Below are positions 62,051 to 64,000 of a stretch of DNA of 64,000 bases, one piece after another (position 1 is the stretch's first letter; every line of letters starts with the position of its first letter). The notes below the pieces were generated by a model. That model saw only the letters and a program-made list of their open reading frames with translations. It had not been told where the DNA came from and did not search any database. Source of the stretch: Squalus acanthias (lineage: Eukaryota); the NCBI GenBank assembly GCA_030390025.1, contig CM059432.1:147686001-147750000 (forward strand), in the 5' to 3' direction. The translations under genes and the position numbers were made by a program.

Positions 62051-63341
62051 AATATATAGAATCATAGTTCATGGGGGAAAAATTGTATAAAACATATGGA
62101 TGAAATTTCCCATCCCAACTTTACCCATTCACACTAGGCATCTAACTTGTCATGGGGGAAACACAATAATGTTTCTGGTTTATTTATGTTTCTATCCCTC
62201 AATTGAAGGGACACGGGACATACTGATTGCAGCTGGAGTGAGCTTTCCCCTTTCTGCACCTGCAATTGTTCTTTTCATCCCCCCACAAAGAGGGTCTCAT
62301 TGAAGTGTGCAGATAAAACCTCGAATACATGGAAACCCTATGACAAATGCAGACTGTGTATCACCACGACCCAGCCTTTCATCTTTGTGGGCTGCACGGG
62401 TATCTACCTCAGGGACCGCGTATAATGCTTAAATCCGCATCCTTATTAATTTGCATATATCACAAGTTGCCAATACTAATAGATCTCGGTGCTCTGATTT
62501 ATGATTTGGCCAATGAGGCAACAGTGATAAACTCCAGGCTCGCAGAATTCAAACAAGACTGACCAGCAAGTAAAATATATAAGCAGTAAAAGGGCTGAGA
62601 TGTCTAGGATCTGAGGGCAAAAATAAAAGATTTTTTGATTGGCGCCTGGAAAATAAAAGGGGTTGAAAATCTGCGGAGGAGCGAGGAGGTGGCATCAGTG
62701 CTAGGATGCATCAGCCCATGACCTATGCTCTGACCCCATCAAAATCCTCAGGGTTCGGGGTGGGGGTGGGGGGGGGGGGGGTGCGTGGTGGGGTGGGAAG
62801 TCCCTTAATTTATCGCCAACACCACTAAGGGTGTGTCTGAAGGACCCACCTGTCCCCTGGAGGTCAGAAAATTGTCTGAGTGCTGACACTTCCAGGACGC
62901 ACCGCAGAATGAAGATATTACTAGCTCCAGCAATCCTCTCTGTAAGGGGACTGAAAAAATATTAGGAAATTTCCTCAGTATTTGGGTGGTCCAGGTTGGA
63001 GTTATGGCAGGAATGCACTGGAAGGCCTGCTGATTCACCACAGATAGATGAATAAAGAAATATTTCTTTCCTCATTTGCACCAAAGTTACAAAGAACGAA
63101 AGAAAACAATAACCTGCGCAGGTGTCACGCTGTGAGAAGGCACCTTTCACTATCATGCAGTCCCTGTAGCTCTTTTGTTATTTTTTTTCGGACAACACAC
63201 ATCCATCTCTCTGTCTCTCTGATATTTAAGCATGAAGGCCAGACAAGTGTGGTTAAAACAATTACTTTCAGCCAGAAAGGTTGTTTCATTGAAGGCAGGC
63301 TATTGCTGCTAACTACAAAGTCATATGGGCAGACTATTCAG

Positions 63342-63612
63342 AAAATGCCCAGTATCCTGGCAGCAGTCATGATGCCTTCATCCTGCGCCAGTCCGCTGTG
63401 CCAGCAATCTTCCAGCCACCACGTCGAACTCGAGGGTGGCCGCGAGGTGACAAGGACGAACCGCTCTAAACCTGGCTGATGACTCCCCTTCGCAACCCCA
63501 TCACTCGTGGCCAGCAATCATGTAATAACAGCCATGCTGCCACGAGGAACATCATCGAGCAGACCATTGGGATGCTCAAGCAATGGTTCCGCTGCCTTGA
63601 CCGCTCGGGAGG
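63342..63612 (+). pseudogene. HARBI1-like transposase fragment
   Basis: [54 protein letters not shown]. Confidence 0.85.
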
Positions 63613-64000
63613 TGTAAGGGATTCTGACCCTGTGTGTCTCGCAGCCTGTGAGATTCACGCGGCTCTGTGCAGCCTGTATGTCAGTGCGGGTTTAGGCCTT
63701 GTTGCCTGTTCTGGTCTCCAGCCAGTCTGGGAGCACTAGACACACCTGTGAGTGGTTCGAATCACTCGCCCTTACGGTTCTAGACACTGGACTTAGATGC
63801 GAGAGCAGTAATGGAGATGAAACTCATGTAGACTCGGTTGAATGGTACGAAATGGAAAATCTTTATTGCATGATATTTAAGATTACGAAATACATGTCAT
63901 AAGCACAGATTAATGACAGTACAATCTTACAAGCAGTTATATAGCTGATCCTAGGGAAGCGAGGAACGAACGACACACCGTAAATAGGGGCACACATTAC
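63613..64000 (-). mobile_element. Probable LTR inserted in the transposase fragment
   Basis: Sharp junction at tgtaag (…ttaCA end on minus); minus-strand TATA (63937-63944) then AATAAA (63862-63867); runs off the window. Confidence 0.5.

Noticed and set aside
62520..62560. CACAGTG heptamer downstream of an octamer
   Set aside because: Poor nonamer match at 22-23 nt spacing and no Ig/TCR-like coding sequence

Overview
Repeat-dominated, eukaryotic intergenic or intronic DNA. It is almost certainly from a cartilaginous fish (shark-like), inferred from SacSINE1/DeuSINE-like and HE1/V-SINE-like SINEs and HER1-like CR1 tails. I could not support any host protein-coding gene. The window is a nested mosaic of five groups. 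(1) PIF/Harbinger DNA transposons: about 9 Myb/SANT-like gene copies, 3 HARBI1-like transposase remnants, and many MITEs with GG-N-AATT-type TIRs and 3-bp TSDs. (2) CR1- and L2-clade LINE fragments. (3) tRNA-derived SINEs. (4) Penelope-like elements (RT + GIY-YIG) and their terminal repeats. (5) Micro/minisatellites and probable LTR remnants. The most notable signals are minimal type-I hammerhead ribozyme motifs in two distinct Penelope-type repeat families. One sits in a ~207-bp fold-back element with 81-bp arms and a 13-bp TSD, inserted inside the other family's terminal repeat. Also notable are Harbinger derivatives that retain a spliced Myb/SANT-coiled-coil-AT-hook gene while losing the transposase. 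Family names come from pattern recognition, not database searches, and boundaries are approximate unless a TSD is quoted.
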